Shown here: positions 13,446-33,220 of the stretch, one piece after another
Position numbering within the stretch: the stretch's first letter is position 1
Layout of the letters: each line of letters begins with the position of its first letter
Source: the human T2T-CHM13v2.0 reference genome, Homo sapiens
NCBI RefSeq assembly: GCF_009914755.1
Contig: NC_060931.1
DNA: 64,000 nucleotides
Strand: one strand, 5' to 3'
Program-made: the position numbers and the translations under genes
Notes under the pieces: generated by a model
Database searches by the model: none
Told to the model about the DNA's origin: nothing
Seen by the model: only the letters and a program-made list of their open reading frames with translations

Positions 13446-14549
13446 CATTATACACACATTACGCATTCAATAATTACTTTCTATCATAATAAAGTAAATT
13501 ATTTACCAGTTAGATAGAGGCAAAATGAGGTCATTCCTATCTCCATATAATAAAGTTATAAGATAATACATAAAAGGGTTTATGTCTTGTATTGCATTTC
13601 AATATATAACATTAATTCATTTTAGAAAGTCTATAGTCATCAGATGTACGAGGTTAGGAATTCCAATGTGTTGAGCATCAAATTTAATTTTCTATTTGCT
13701 CATGCTGATGATTGAATTACATGGATGTGAAGGCTATTGTGCCCTTGAGACAAAGTTTAACAGTCCACTTAAACAGTTTTTTAATAGAAACTTCTAAGGA
13801 ATGTTGATTCTGTCACAATGTAACAGCAGATATATATTTAGTTCAATGATTATCTACATATAAATATTTAAATAAAAAGGGATGGCATTAGTCATCTTTT
13901 ATAATCCATAAGTTGGGTAATATAATGAAATCTTAGAATGGTTCACTTATTCTCAACTTGTGAACATTTTAAGTATTAGTATTTAAATTAATATTAGCAG
14001 AACAATTGAGTTAGGTGAAGTCTTTTCTTCATAGTAACCTGTAGCAAGTCAATCAATGTCACTTAAATTGCTGCAGTTGGACTCCCAATAGCATATAATT
14101 TTCACTGAGTGGTACTGGGTAAAATACACCTCAAATACTATAATCAATCCTAGGAGAGAACAAAACCAAGACTTATTTTGCAGACAAGATGTGATAACAA
14201 GAGTACTTCAAGCTTCCTGCATAGAAATATAGAAATTCATATAAATAGTAGAAGGACTACATTTTTATCATGAGCTATAACACTTTTACTTTGAATTGAA
14301 GACACATTGGGGTTGTATTTATGATATAAATATCATATAAGAAAATGAGAACTTTTTTGATTATCTAAAAAGAGAGTGAGGAAGACATCTAAAAAAAGTT
14401 AAATCTCTTTAAGTTTTCATTCTCTAAAATAAAAGAAACATTTTTATGTTCACAATTCCCTCTCTACAATGAGTTTATCAGGCCTGTAAAGCTACACTAA
14501 TTTAATAGATACAGGTGGTATCATTCGCATGGCCATTTACCCCAGCCTA

Positions 14550-15150
14550 AAATTCTCATTACTGTCACCTGAAACTACAATTGATTTCTAACTGTTCTTG
14601 CGGCTATAACCTTTCCCCTTTGGAGTCCAAGTTTCAGATTAACCTTCCTCTAGCATGGCTTTCATCATGCCATTCCTTTGAAGAAAAATCTGCTTGTACT
14701 CTCATCACATTCAAGTCATCCTTGCCTCATTCCAACACATCTGAAATCTGATCACAGCCAGTCTCTTCAGTTTTATTTCCCATGTCTTCCCCTCAAAACC
14801 AGACAATCCAGATTTTCCCTTCTGTAGAGACAGTCTACACATTCCAATGTCTCTGCCTCTGCTCTGATTATGCTACATGAATTGACCTTTCTCCATCCAA
14901 ACCTTTTTCAGACCCATTCAAACATCCTTTCCTTCATGACGCTTATCTGATTCGACTCTCTTCCTTACAACTCCTTCCAACTACAAGTGTATCTGTTACA
15001 GTGTTTAGCACATTCTGGTTTATCTTTACTGCTTATCTTTCTCCCTTACTGATCTTTCTTGTACAGTTCATAAGGAGAAGTCATGCTTGTATCACATTTG
15101 AATCATCCCCAGCAAGTAGTGGAACACCTACATGAATTAATTCAAATGAG
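14550..15150 (+). mobile_element. L2 LINE 3' region, highly diverged
   Basis: Pyrimidine-rich L2-like 3' region ending tcatgcttgtatcacatttgaatcatccccagc. Confidence 0.5.
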
Positions 15151-16861
15151 TTTTTCATGTGATTTTTTTAAATGAAAATTCCACGGGAGATTACCATCTC
15201 AGAGAGAAAACTAATTTAAGACTCCTTCACAGATTATCAGATGAGGATGTGGAATCAAAGAAGTTTGAATTGTTATAAATGTATCTGCTCTCAGGAGGCA
15301 GATGAAGGGAAATTGTATATGGTAAGTTCTTAAATAAATACTATTGGAAGTTTCTTTAAAATAAAACCTGTATGTTCACCTTCACTTAGTAATCATAGAC
15401 CATATTTCTGTATCTTCCTTATATTCATTGTTTTCTTTGGCAGATGTTGCTATAAAATACAAAATGAAGTTGAGATTTGGAAAATTTTAGGTTTATTTGA
15501 TTGGTATCACAAGTTGACTTTCAGGGTGGGAAAAAAAAAAAGAAAGAATCTGCTTTAGATACAATTCCAAATAAGACAATATAAAAAGAAGTAAGAATAA
15601 CCAATCTTTCTCCCATTACTTATTTGTGAGACATAGAGAAGAATCTAAAATAAAGCCAGAGTTAATGAAATGCTTTTAAAGTATGTTGGAATGTTTGAAT
15701 ACAGTCCCTATAAAATACAAGTTGCACTTCTTGTCACCTGGCCTTCACTCAAACACTTCTCATTTTGTTAAACTCTCTTTTCAGCTGAACCTCCTGATGA
15801 TAGAAAATACAACTTTACATTCTGCCAGTGGAATTGCTTGGCACCAGAATTCTAGCTGGATATTCCCCTGTGGGAATCTCACTTTTTGTATGCATTGTTA
15901 AGCATCTTACTTTGTATTTAGATAAAGCTTTTATTTCACGACTGCTTCGTTTCTCTTCTTTATGAAATCCAGGTAGTGTAAATCAGCTCTTTTGACTTGT
16001 ACATTTAATTAGAACAGCAGATAAGAAAAGGTATTAATAAAATCCTCCTTCTATTAAAATAGAGGTCAACAGTGGCATATTACTACTCCATAGAGAATAT
16101 AACCAAATTTAAAGTGGGGAGCTGTTTGGCAGATATTAGGCTCTGGAGAACAATCAAACTCCTGTAAACTTCCTTGAAAAAAATCTCATTATATAACAGA
16201 AAATGTAGAATGAGAAAGCGTTTTTAGATTTAAACTAATTAGATTATGTCTTGATGTTTGCCTCTATTACTCATAAAAATGGTTATCCATAAAAAACCTA
16301 ATTGCTTTCTTCTTATTGCATCTTATACTATTTATTTGTTTGGAGGACTTTTTAAGAATTTTCTTTTGCTGTTTAGGTACATTTGGTTTCTCCTTGATTA
16401 CTAGCAGCTGCCCAGGACATTAACATGAAGTCTCCGGCCTCAGGTCAGTGAGTTGCCAACCTACCACATTACCATCCTTGGAGCAAACACTGGGCAATTT
16501 TAATTCACTCTAAGATCATAAGAGTGAAGTGACTACCAAAAAACAATCAAATTAACTGGAGAATAATGTCCAACCCTAAAGGGATAACATTCTCCTTTGG
16601 TTATATCCCAACCTTGATTTTGCACAGTTCCAGATACCATTTTTTGACTATTAATTCAATAAAGCACCATTGTTTAGCATTCCTTGTTTCCTATTATTCA
16701 GTTCTTCATTCCTGTTCCTTGGGCTCACTCCTCAAAATAATCAGCACCTAATTCTTTGTCTCAAGTTTTCTATTAGGAAGAACTATGCTAAGACAAATAC
16801 TGAATATGCCACAAGGGGATATTGTGTACTGAACTTTATAATTTATTTTTCCATAAAGCTG

Positions 16862-16960
16862 TTTTTTCTTTTGTTGAGACAGGATCTCACTCCGTTGCTC
16901 AGGCTGGAGTGCAGTGGTGCAATCATGGCTCACTGCAGCCTCGAACTCCTGGGCTCAAGC
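16862..16960 (-). mobile_element. 5'-truncated AluJ/monomer fragment
   Basis: gagacaggatctcactccgttgctcaggctggagtgcagtggtgcaatcatggctcactgcagcctcgaactcctgggctcaagc. Confidence 0.9.
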
Positions 16961-17129
16961 ACTATTTTTTAAAAGAACGTCTCATCTCAGGTGTTACAAA
17001 GAATACATTAAGGGAAACAAAGAGCCAGAATGAGCTGTTCCAATACAAAATAAAATCCAGTTCCTTGTTTTGACTCCTCACAAGAAAATGTGAGGCAGAA
17101 ATATGACCTCTATAACCTGGTCCCAAGTT

Positions 17130-17520
17130 CTCTCTTCAAACTCAGACCATATCCCTCTGTTTCCCACTTCTTTACTCCAGTATTTCTGTTCTTCTTTATC
17201 TTTAAACATGCCATACATGTTCCTACCTCTGAATTTTTCCCATCCTGTTCCCTGGACTAGCAACAGATAATTGTCCGGATCATGGCATGACTCATTTTTT
17301 CACTTAATTCAGGTCTCCATCTAAATGTCACCTCAGCACGAATGCCTACCACAGTATCTAAAATATCACCTCCAGTCACTTTCTTTTATACAGTTTTATT
17401 TTTGTTCAAAGCCCTTCTCACTATTTGAAAACACTCATCACTCTCTTGTTTACGGGTTGCCTTCCCCCATTAGAATGCGAGCTTCAGAAGGGCAGAGCTT
17501 CTGTTCACTGCCTATTACCA
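17130..17520 (+). mobile_element. L2 fragment
   Basis: ttcaggtctccatctaaatgtcacctcag...cccccattagaatgcgagcttcagaagggcagag. Confidence 0.7.
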
Positions 17521-17887
17521 ACACCTGGGAAAATCTGTGTGTCTTTGAAAATGTGTGTGTGCTCTTCCTCATTCTTATTTTTCTCATTTTTTTATAGAGC
17601 AGGGAAAATGCAATCCCAAACCATTTTGGAAAACACTGCTCTCTATTCCTTAGCAATTTCCTTAGCATACCATACTGCCTTCACTTATCTTTCTTTGCCT
17701 CTTTGGTTTTTCCTCCTCACATTCACCTGGAGAATTGTCAGTCCCACTTCAGCACTCAGATTCAGCATCATCTCTCCATGAAACCACGCCCATGGCCCAC
17801 CCAGGTGGATGCTCTGCCCTGTGTGTCCTTTGCTCTGTGTGCTCACTTATCTTAAGGCATGTCACTTTATACTATAAAGGCTTGATT

Positions 17888-18260
<373 letters not shown>

Positions 18261-19069
18261 TCACAACATCTTTAGTACTTATCAACCTGAATAAAGACAC
18301 TAGAAAAAATTAATTCTCAATATGTTGGGTTTACTCAAGAATTAGGAAAAAGTATTATAATCCAGACACCATTACCGGGCAAGTGTTCTTCCATACACGT
18401 CTTATCCGAATTACTGCAGTGCTAAAGAATGTCTAGTGGTAAATTTCATCAAAGCAGAAGATGTGTGAAGGACATGAAAGGGTTTCTTGAGGGATATTTT
18501 ACAAGTCCTTGGAAACAGCTCTCATCTCAGATATGCATGAGCCTTCTCTCTTCGTGCCTTCCTGACCCTATTTTGTCTGAATCTCACAAAAGTGATTTCA
18601 TCCTGGTATATGCAACTTTCACAGTACATAGAACAGTGCCTCCCTCAAATATTTTTCACCACCACCATCCTAGTCTGACACATTGCATGCTGAGTGGAAT
18701 ATTTTTGAAGCTGCTATGTTTTCTTTCCTTACCAGACTTCCTAAGTTATGTCTCTGTCAAATGCGGTCTGTCTCATAGGATCTTTAATGTTACAATTGTC
18801 TTTTTTTTTTTAATTCTGTTTTCATACTTTAAGTAAAATGAGCTGTAAATAATACAGCATATTAATGGACGGACTTAACAGCATTTTTATATGATCACTT
18901 TGTGCCACCTCTGGGGTTTCTTTATAGCAGGGACTGTACCAACTCAAAGAAGCTTGCAGTTTTGGAAGCTAGAAGCCCCTCCACTTTGCTCACTGCAGCC
19001 AGTGCAGTCTTGTACAAATGTGAATCTGACAGGGTCACACACTCTTACTAGCTACACTGCTTCCCTTCA

Positions 19070-19381
19070 CAGCCTTTGCCAGTGCAATTCTCTTTCTGGA
19101 AATGCTCTTTCTTCCCTTGCTTCTTCCCTTGACACATCTCTACTGATTTTCCAATTTCACTCAGTAACTATTACCCCTCTATTATACACCTTTATAGCAC
19201 CAACCACCTCTCTTTCAGGCATACTTCACATTTGTAATTTTACTTTGATCATACGATTAATGTCTGTTTCTCCCTACAAAGGTGAGCTCCCAAAGGAAAG
19301 AGACTGTTGTTTTTATTCCCCTAGCACAGGGCAAGGCACATATAAGTAGTCAATAAATATTCTTAGCATAAATGAATGAAT
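19070..19381 (+). mobile_element. L2 3' end
   Basis: tattcccctagcacagggcaaggcacatataagtagtcaataaatattc...aatgaatgaa. Confidence 0.75.
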
Positions 19382-20524
19382 ACCCACACAAAACTGTGTG
19401 GGCATTCATAACCTAACCAAGTTTCCAATATACAACGTAAGGGTTGCTAAGGAAAAAGAACCCTTTTCAGTCAGCCCGAGAGGATTTTGGTTTCTAAAGT
19501 AGCCTTAAATTCTTATAGAGTTTAAAAAAGAAGTAGCTTTTTGAACCTGATCATTTTTAGAATGCTAGCCTAGGCTGTAAGTCAAAGGGAGAAAGCTTTA
19601 TGTTCACAAACCCCAAGGGGTTAAGGGCACGATCCAGGGAACCTGGAAGAAAAGCCAGCCACTGAAGCATGAAAAACCAGGTGTAAAAGAACTTTCAATT
19701 CAGGTCCACTTGTTAGGAATTCTAAGTTTTACAGTCCTTGATCCTCCCTGTATCAGATTACTTTGTAACTCAATTGTTTCCTCAACTCAAAAGAACTTGA
19801 TCTTACTTTTTTTTTTTTATTCAGGTGTTGAGTGAACTGAAAGATAGAGAATAAAGAGATTAATTAAAGTGAGATAGCAATGGTCAAGTTCACTCTCTGC
19901 TGAGTGTATCACCCTCATCTTAAATCTTCTTAAACCACACGCAATTAATGTGAAAGCCTGAGGGCACTTGCATGGAAAGGATAATGGGCTGAATCTTTAA
20001 ATGATATAAAGTTCTTAATCCAAAGTCTCTCTGCTTTATTGGTTTATGTTAACACTTTACTGATTAATCTTGTGATGACTGAAGCTGTTTCTATTCAGGG
20101 AAATCAAATTGACGGTTTGATCTATTCTATTTTTAGTCATTTTAAATTCTCGGTCACCACACAATTGATTGAATTGACTGAACTATAATCTAAATCTTAA
20201 AACTGCAGAAAATACCAGATTGGTCATGATGTAATCCAATAAATATTACAGAAGTCACTAGTTTCTATAACATTTTCTAAATATTTTTATAAGTAGTTGC
20301 AGACAAGATACATATACAACTGTAGAAGACTAATTTGTAAATTACCCACATGTACAACTATAAGAGACTGATCTGTAAATTACAGTATTTCCATACAAGT
20401 GCTATTCTGATGCTACCTATAAAATAATGTTTTTAGAGACAAGTTAGTGACAATCTCACACAATAAGGAAAAAGGCAGGAGACAAAACTATATAAAAAAT
20501 ATAAGTCGACTTTTTGTGGGAGAA

Positions 20525-20775
20525 AAAATATATAGGAAATGTATATTTGTATATATTCCTGTGTATAAACACATGCAGGAAATATATATGTGAAAAGAGA
20601 CTATATATGTGAAAACAGGAGATACATTTATTATATATGTATGTTTATGTGGGTGTGTATATATTATGTATATGTATATTATGTATAATATATACACACC
20701 CACACAAACACACATATATAATATATACATTATATATACCCACACAAATATACATATTTATATGTATATGAAATA
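20525..20775. repeat. TA/CA-rich low-complexity tract containing a 39-bp inverted repeat
   Basis: Arms 20629-20667 and 20685-20723 are 37/39 complementary. Confidence 0.85.
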
Positions 20776-21538
20776 TGAGGGAACGGTAAAGAGATAATTA
20801 TAAAGGCATTTTTTCTTCCATCTTCATACTTTTTCCTGTGTTTTCCAAGTAGCCTATACATTTTAATAATTAGAAGAAATCAACATTTTTAAAAATTAGA
20901 TTTATGGCTTTCAATGAAGAAAATCATCTTCAGAAGTTTCTCATAATTTGGGGTAGTCTTGTTGTAGAGAAATGGGGAGGAAGAAAAAGATATACCACCC
21001 ACAATCTCCTGCCACTACTAAAATCGTCTCTCTCTCTCCACCCTCCACCACACACACAATGATGCTACTGTAGGCTCAATGCCTTGACATCTAAAAGCTA
21101 TGCTGTGTCACTATCTGTAACTGCAACACTCTAACCATGTATTTTTAGCTGCTGATAACCTAGAACTGATGTATCATTTGAAACTAGCAAAAAGCCCCTT
21201 TATTTTTTACTCTAAAGCCTTCTGGAAACCAAGACACCGTGGGACCTCCATTAATTGTGGATGAAGAAAAGGCACAGGAGAGAAAATTTAAAAAGACCTG
21301 TGTAGCTCCTCACGTAGCAAAGCCTACCTTATTGTGAAGCCTGCATCTGTGGAAGGGGATTTTCTACAAAGACCATCCTCCCCAAGGATGGGAGAAGCCA
21401 GCCTATATGACGTGGCCTGGCACTGTGAGGGTTCACACAGAGAATCTTCTCACTCAGCCTCTTCCCAGGGCTGCAAACACTTTTAGGGAATCCATGATGA
21501 ATTAAAGAGAAAATTGAATTGATCCTGAGGACATTCTG

Positions 21539-22533
21539 CAGGGCAGGCTACAACGTTTGCAGGGCCCAGAATACAATGAAATTGTGGGTCTTCTTGTTCA
21601 AAAGTAGAAAAAAAGTGCTACTAATGATGCTAAAGTATAAAGCTTTTGCTTTTCTTCCTTTTCTCTTGGTTTGTCATGGTGTTTTGTTTGCTGTTGAATG
21701 TCATTCAAATTTTTTTAAAAAATAAGTTTTCAATTATTAGCATGAATTTTACCATTCCTCTTTATATTGCATAATCCCTATTTCAAATACAAATACATGA
21801 GCATTCAAACTCATGCAGAATCCACCAAAATTACCATAGCTAGTGCATGCACAGGCATGTTGTTCTTAGCAAAACAGTGGAAATACTGCACAAAATTAAT
21901 TCAGCTATTTTTATTTCACTTCTTGATATGTGCACATTCTACCAACACTCTACTTTTAGCTCACTAAGGAGTAGAGACAGAGTGATAGGGAAACTATAGG
22001 CTGCCCTATTTCCCATTCCGTCTGTGTCATTTTCAGGCTGTGTGGTTGTCTAATACAGGGAAGTAACTCAAGTAAGTAAGGAAATGATAGGGTTCCTTGC
22101 TTATTCATGTGTCCTAGAGCACCATTTCCTTCTTTTTACATTTAAAGCAAATTCTGGCTTAAATAGAAAGCTTAGCATCTCAGGGCTATCAGTTCACCTG
22201 CTTGCACAGTCATAGATACAACATGCTTACCTTGTACTCGCCTAACATCCACACATGGTGGGCCCACAAGAATTCTGTGCTCATGGGACATCAGAAACAC
22301 TGATGTACAGTAGCAAATACAGTAGCCAGAAAAGTAAGCATATATTTTGTGCTTATCTCCTCTGCCTACACATATACTCCACTGTCCCATCAAACTTATC
22401 TTACAGAACACAAGTTTAAAGATAAAACTGTTAAGAATGTCAAAATAACAATGAGCATTAAATCAATTTCAGGGCCCTTCTGATCACAGGTCCTTTTTGG
22501 CTATACAGACTGCACATCTATGACCCAGCCCTG
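21539..22533 (-). mobile_element. MER45B (hAT-Tip100) non-autonomous DNA transposon, complete
   Basis: TIRs cagggcaggct.../...cccagccctg; 8-bp TSD acattctg/acatactg; internal gaattctgtgctcatggg and gcacattctaccaacactct match recalled consensus. Confidence 0.88.
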
Positions 22534-24199
22534 ACATACTGCTTTGGGTTTTAGCCATAGCACTTTCAAGCCTCCTCAGCAGCCTGATGTCTACTTAACT
22601 AATTAATGAAATTAAGTTTGCCAGACCCAGGGACAAACAGCAGGACATGTGCACCCTGAAATCTACAAAAAAAGAAAGTGGAACAAACTCTCACCAAATA
22701 AGGAAGCTAACCATAATGATCTGATATTTACATAAGGTTATAAGATTGACTATTCAGCAAAATCCTACTTTACAATTCACGAATTAAGCCAGTAGCGGAA
22801 GAGTGATTAGAGAGCAGCAAAGAAGAAAAGTTTGCTCACTGATTATTTCAGATGCAGTTCCTGAGATTGACTGGGACACTAATTGGAGAATCATTAAGTG
22901 CAAAGGTACAGTCTTACATATATCAATGGTCTGTTTTCTTTCTGGTTGACAGAAATGAACAATTCCAGGAATCATGCTGAACACTGTAATCTGATAATTA
23001 AGGAAGAGCTCAGTGGAGCAACGAAAGGAAACAGGAAAATTAAATTTAAAAAGAAGCCGATGAAGAGCCAGGCACCAACTGACTCAAAATTGTCCATTTA
23101 ACATGTTCTTAAAGAGAAACTGAAAATGCTCTTTATAAACAAGATTTAGTGGTATCAAAAGAGAGCAGCTTTTCTGTAAAATAATACCAATGTTGCCAAG
23201 GCAATGCATTTCTTAACCAAGCAAGTTAATATTGCTTCTGCCTACTGCTTGGCTTCAAAACAAGCAAGGCCAGTCTTATACAGTGATCAAATCCAGTGCA
23301 CTTTAAGTGAATTGTGTAGATGTACTCTGTAGCCATCCACATATATAAGGTGACTCTCATATCAATAAATTGGTAAAGTAAGATTAACCAGAAGTTTTCT
23401 GCTGGACACTGATTTGGTATAATTTCTATAATTTAAAATTTCTACAGTTTCTCAGTTTGGCCATTTTTCTAGTGCCCCAATCCTCCTCTAGCCTGAGGTC
23501 CCAATAAAAACCAGAGTTTATGGACTCTCTCCTAAAAAACTATCTTCACCTGAGCTGCATTCTGTTACTCATGCCTTCCGGTGTAATTCAGTCTCCAATA
23601 TTCACATGTGGGCCAATCTCCATTGGTCAAACGCCACTTGCGTGAGTTACAAATTGGACACCACCATATACCTCTAACTATATTTCCATTGCCATTATCA
23701 CCAGATTAGAACTCTGGATTCAGTTGGCCCAACTCTGAAATCATTCCTGATATTATAACTTGGACAACCCAGCTCGCAATTCTAAAATCATTCTTTATCA
23801 ACTCCTGCGTTTTCCTCAGACCTTTAATCCACTAGTTATTGTCATTTAAAACTGGCTCATTCTCTTCTGTTGGCACCAAGTTGTTGAGAACTTAGCAAAT
23901 CTCCAGCTTAAGTTTATCTGAGATGCTAACTTAGTTTCGAGGTCACTCCAATGTGGCACCCCAGCATCTGTCATATAACCCTGTTCCTATCCCAAATCCT
24001 AACTCCGGAATTGGGGAGCGCTCTCCTCTCTCATAAATACTTCTTGTGCAGTCAACCTCTGTGCCTTTCTATTCCATTGTAAATAGGAAGAGAAAAAATA
24101 GTACAACTGTAAGAACTGAGAATTATTACAAAGGTTCTTTATCTCAAAAATTGTTCCAATCCAAGTGCCAAAATACTTACAATATCACATTGTAATTAA

Positions 24200-24400
24200 A
24201 CTCAATTCAACATAAATTTCTTTAATCACTAACTAAAAAAGACACCATGGATGACTCTACACTTATTAAAGACAAATAAGGCATAGTTCCCGCCCTTGAG
24301 GAGCTGACAGTTCAGTTAGAAAGAAATAACATATATTAGACTATATTTTGGTTACTTTTATGTATGTGCATAATAGAAATATTGATGAAATGCTATGAAA
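24200..24400 (-). mobile_element. L2 fragment
   Basis: attcaacataaatt...aaataaggcatagttcccgcccttgaggagctgacagttcag. Confidence 0.6.
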
Positions 24401-24979
24401 ATATAGATTAAAGATAATTTTCTTTGGGTTAATCTTTGCTCTCTTCCAGACATTATTTTATTCAAATTATTTCAAGAGGTAATATACCAGTCATTAGAGC
24501 TATCAAGACCCTCACTCTCCTCCAAGCTGTGTGGTAGAAGGTGATAAGAGTCCTGGGAAATATTAAAGCAAAATAAGAGGCATTCATAAAATATTCATTA
24601 ATGTATTCATTCATGCATTCAATATTTATAAATCATCAATTCTGTGACAAGTACTCTACAAAATACTGTGCAGGATGAGAAGTTCTATGAGGCATAGTAA
24701 ATGTCTTCAAAGGTAACTCATGTTACGTTTTCCTTGATGTTAAGAAGCCAAGTTGAGACTTTTGTAATTTAGAGTTTAATAGCTCAAATTTTAATATTTC
24801 AGGCCTTCATCCATATTCTATTGTACAACAAATTCTTATAGGTCTAAAGGAGCATTACACATTTTATTCAATTGAGTCATCTATATTCCTGCTTATTCCT
24901 CCTGTAGGTAGTTGCTCAGCTTCATTACTCCAATAACTTTTTTTTAAGAAAAGAAAAAAAACATTGATTGCTTAGACCT

Positions 24980-25148
24980 GTATTTCACAAACAGGAGCTA
25001 CAGCTGCTTACATCAGAAAGAATCACTTGGGTTACTTATAAAAATGCAGAAAATCTGACTCAGAATCTCTGAGGTTGAAGGCCAGAAATCTGCATTTTTA
25101 ATAAATGCACAAATGATTCTGATTAACAGTGAAGTCTGAGAGCTTCTA
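24980..25148. mobile_element. MER5-type (hAT-Charlie) element
   Basis: gaatcacttggg...aaaaatgcaga...actcagaatctctg...aatctgcatttttaa...tgattctgat...aagtctgagag. Confidence 0.7.
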
Positions 25149-25199
25149 TTCTGATACATCTTTACCTTCGCCTTATACTCTTGAGGACATAGGTCTTTC

Positions 25200-25512
25200 T
25201 ATTTTTAAATACTCTTCTATCTCCTAGACTTCATATCTCAGCTCAGCTATCCCTTTGATAAACAGACTTTCTCTAACTACCCCAAATTAACCAGGTGTCA
25301 CTCAATATTCTTCTTTTATAAAACCCAGTTCCTTTCTATCAAATAACTGATCACATTATTATACATTTGCAGATATTCTGCTGGAAACATAGTTCTGCCA
25401 CTCTAAGCTGCATAAGGGCAGAGACCGTATCTATTTACTTTGCCATTATATATTATCTCTTAGCACAGGGCTTGGTACAGAGTAGATGCCTAATAAATTA
25501 TTCAGTGAATGA
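25200..25512 (+). mobile_element. L2 3' end
   Basis: ctaagctgcataagggcagagaccgtatc...cttagcacagggcttggtacagagtagatgcctaataaat. Confidence 0.7.
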
Positions 25513-26559
25513 GAAAAAAAAATGGATAGTAATTACCTTCACACACATGAAGACGGAACAAAAACACTATATAAAATAATATGCAGAATATGTAACAAGT
25601 TAATATATGGTCAATTCTATACAAGTCATAAATCCTTTAAGAATTTAGGAGGAGAGAATCAACGTGCGCTAATGTGGTCAGGAAAGTCTTACAAGATGAA
25701 ATGAAAGCTTAGCTGGGCCCTAGATAGTAATTAAAATCTGCAAAGAGTGAGAGAAAGACAGAATTCATAGACAAAAGTTCAGAGGCCAGAATCACAATGT
25801 CTCAGTTAAATTAACCCAAGATTTATTCCAATTCAGCACATTCTGTTTATAGATAAATGTGGTAAGGAATTTTTTATTTTGATTGATTTCCTTGTCCTTG
25901 GAGGAACAGTCCATAGAAAAGCAATATTCTAAATTTCTCATGGTTTTATTGATCCCACCACCAATTCCTAGAAATAATAACTCTGTGAGTTTCAAAGTAT
26001 AAAGAGGTTAAAAGAGCATCAAAATGATATCAGATATCCAATCAGACATTACAAAACCTGGCAGAAGTGATGTAAATATTGAAACAAAATGTACATCCAA
26101 CGTATCAGGGAATCAAATCAGAATGTAAAAAAGTTGATGCCTCCAATACAAATCAGTAATCTGGATATCAATCTTCCCCATATTTGAAAAACGTGAGTGG
26201 CCAGTCTACTTTTATTTCCATTCCCATTGTTTTCCTTTACAAATGCAAAGAAAAAAGGAATTTCTAAAAAACATTTTCAATTAAATGATCAGTCTACTAA
26301 ACAGTCTCAACTTGAAGAGATGCAAATATAAAATGGTTTTCTTCTCCTGTTTGTTACCAAACACATTTTATAAGTTCTCCCTTTACGTAGCATTTATGTC
26401 ACTTTCAGACATTAAAAGAAGTCTTATGCATTATCACTGTAAGTCCTTTCATACATGCACACATATTATTTTTAACTAGGAAATTATTCAATTTTAGAAA
26501 AAAGATCAATTAAAATTGCTCACAAAGCTTCTGCCACATTAAAATCAGTAAGTTGGTCT

Positions 26560-32128
<5,569 letters not shown>

Positions 32129-32843
32129 GCCTCTTAATAACCCCCACAGCACAGCACTCTCCTCCTAGGTAAAGGACTCACTGTTTTAACGTATCTTTCT
32201 TTAACCAATATTTCTCTAGTTTTGTCTCTTGGTTATAAGCTAGATGGCATGGCGAGTGACTTTCTCAGAAAAGGTTTTTGCCCTTTAATCAATCCTTGAA
32301 GAAATATCTGGCAGCAAGTTTATGTTTTCTACAGATATACTTATCTCTTCGTCCTTCGTTTGGGAATTTACCTTACTTCTCTTTTACGCATATTTAAACT
32401 TATTTTTTAAACATACACCTTGGTATACTTTGTTTAGGAATTCTTTCCAGCCATGATCCAGAGGAGGAATCTTAATAATTAGGAGGCATCATTCGCACCC
32501 CTGCAATGGCAGCTGTTAGTTCGGTAGCTTTTCCAAGAGGGCCAAATCAAGCTCATTGAGAAAGTTAAGTGAATCTGGCTACCTAGAAGAGTTTAAGGAA
32601 GCTGCAAGCTTTCTAGATCAAATCACTTACTCTTGGGCAGTATAGGTATGGTAAATCCCCCTGATAAAGAAGAGATCAAGGACTTACACTGGTGAGTGGA
32701 GGCTACCAAGAGAACCAGAGCCCAGACAGCCTTAACGGGACATAATGCCGAAGTCAGCACAGCTAGCCAGAATGGAGAGCTTGTACAGTGTCATTCTTCT
32801 CAAACATTTTTACAGAAGTAAAACAGAGCTCAAAGAAGTCTTA

Positions 32844-33220
<377 letters not shown>

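Noticed and set aside
15738-15793. Minus-strand exon-like segment (tattttctatcatcag acceptor, CAG/gtgaca donor)
   Set aside because: Stops in all three frames, weak donor and no transcript evidence
18429-19349. 135-aa and 152-aa ORFs
   Set aside because: No recognisable domain; the second overlaps an L2 remnant; consistent with chance ORFs
20316-20385. Short imperfect tandem duplications (also about 7440, 8290, 54560)
   Set aside because: Ordinary slippage products with no further structure
32451-32697. Plus-strand acceptor/donor pair (ttctttccag ... CTG/gtgagt)
   Set aside because: The ATG frame closes after 9 codons and no partner exons were found
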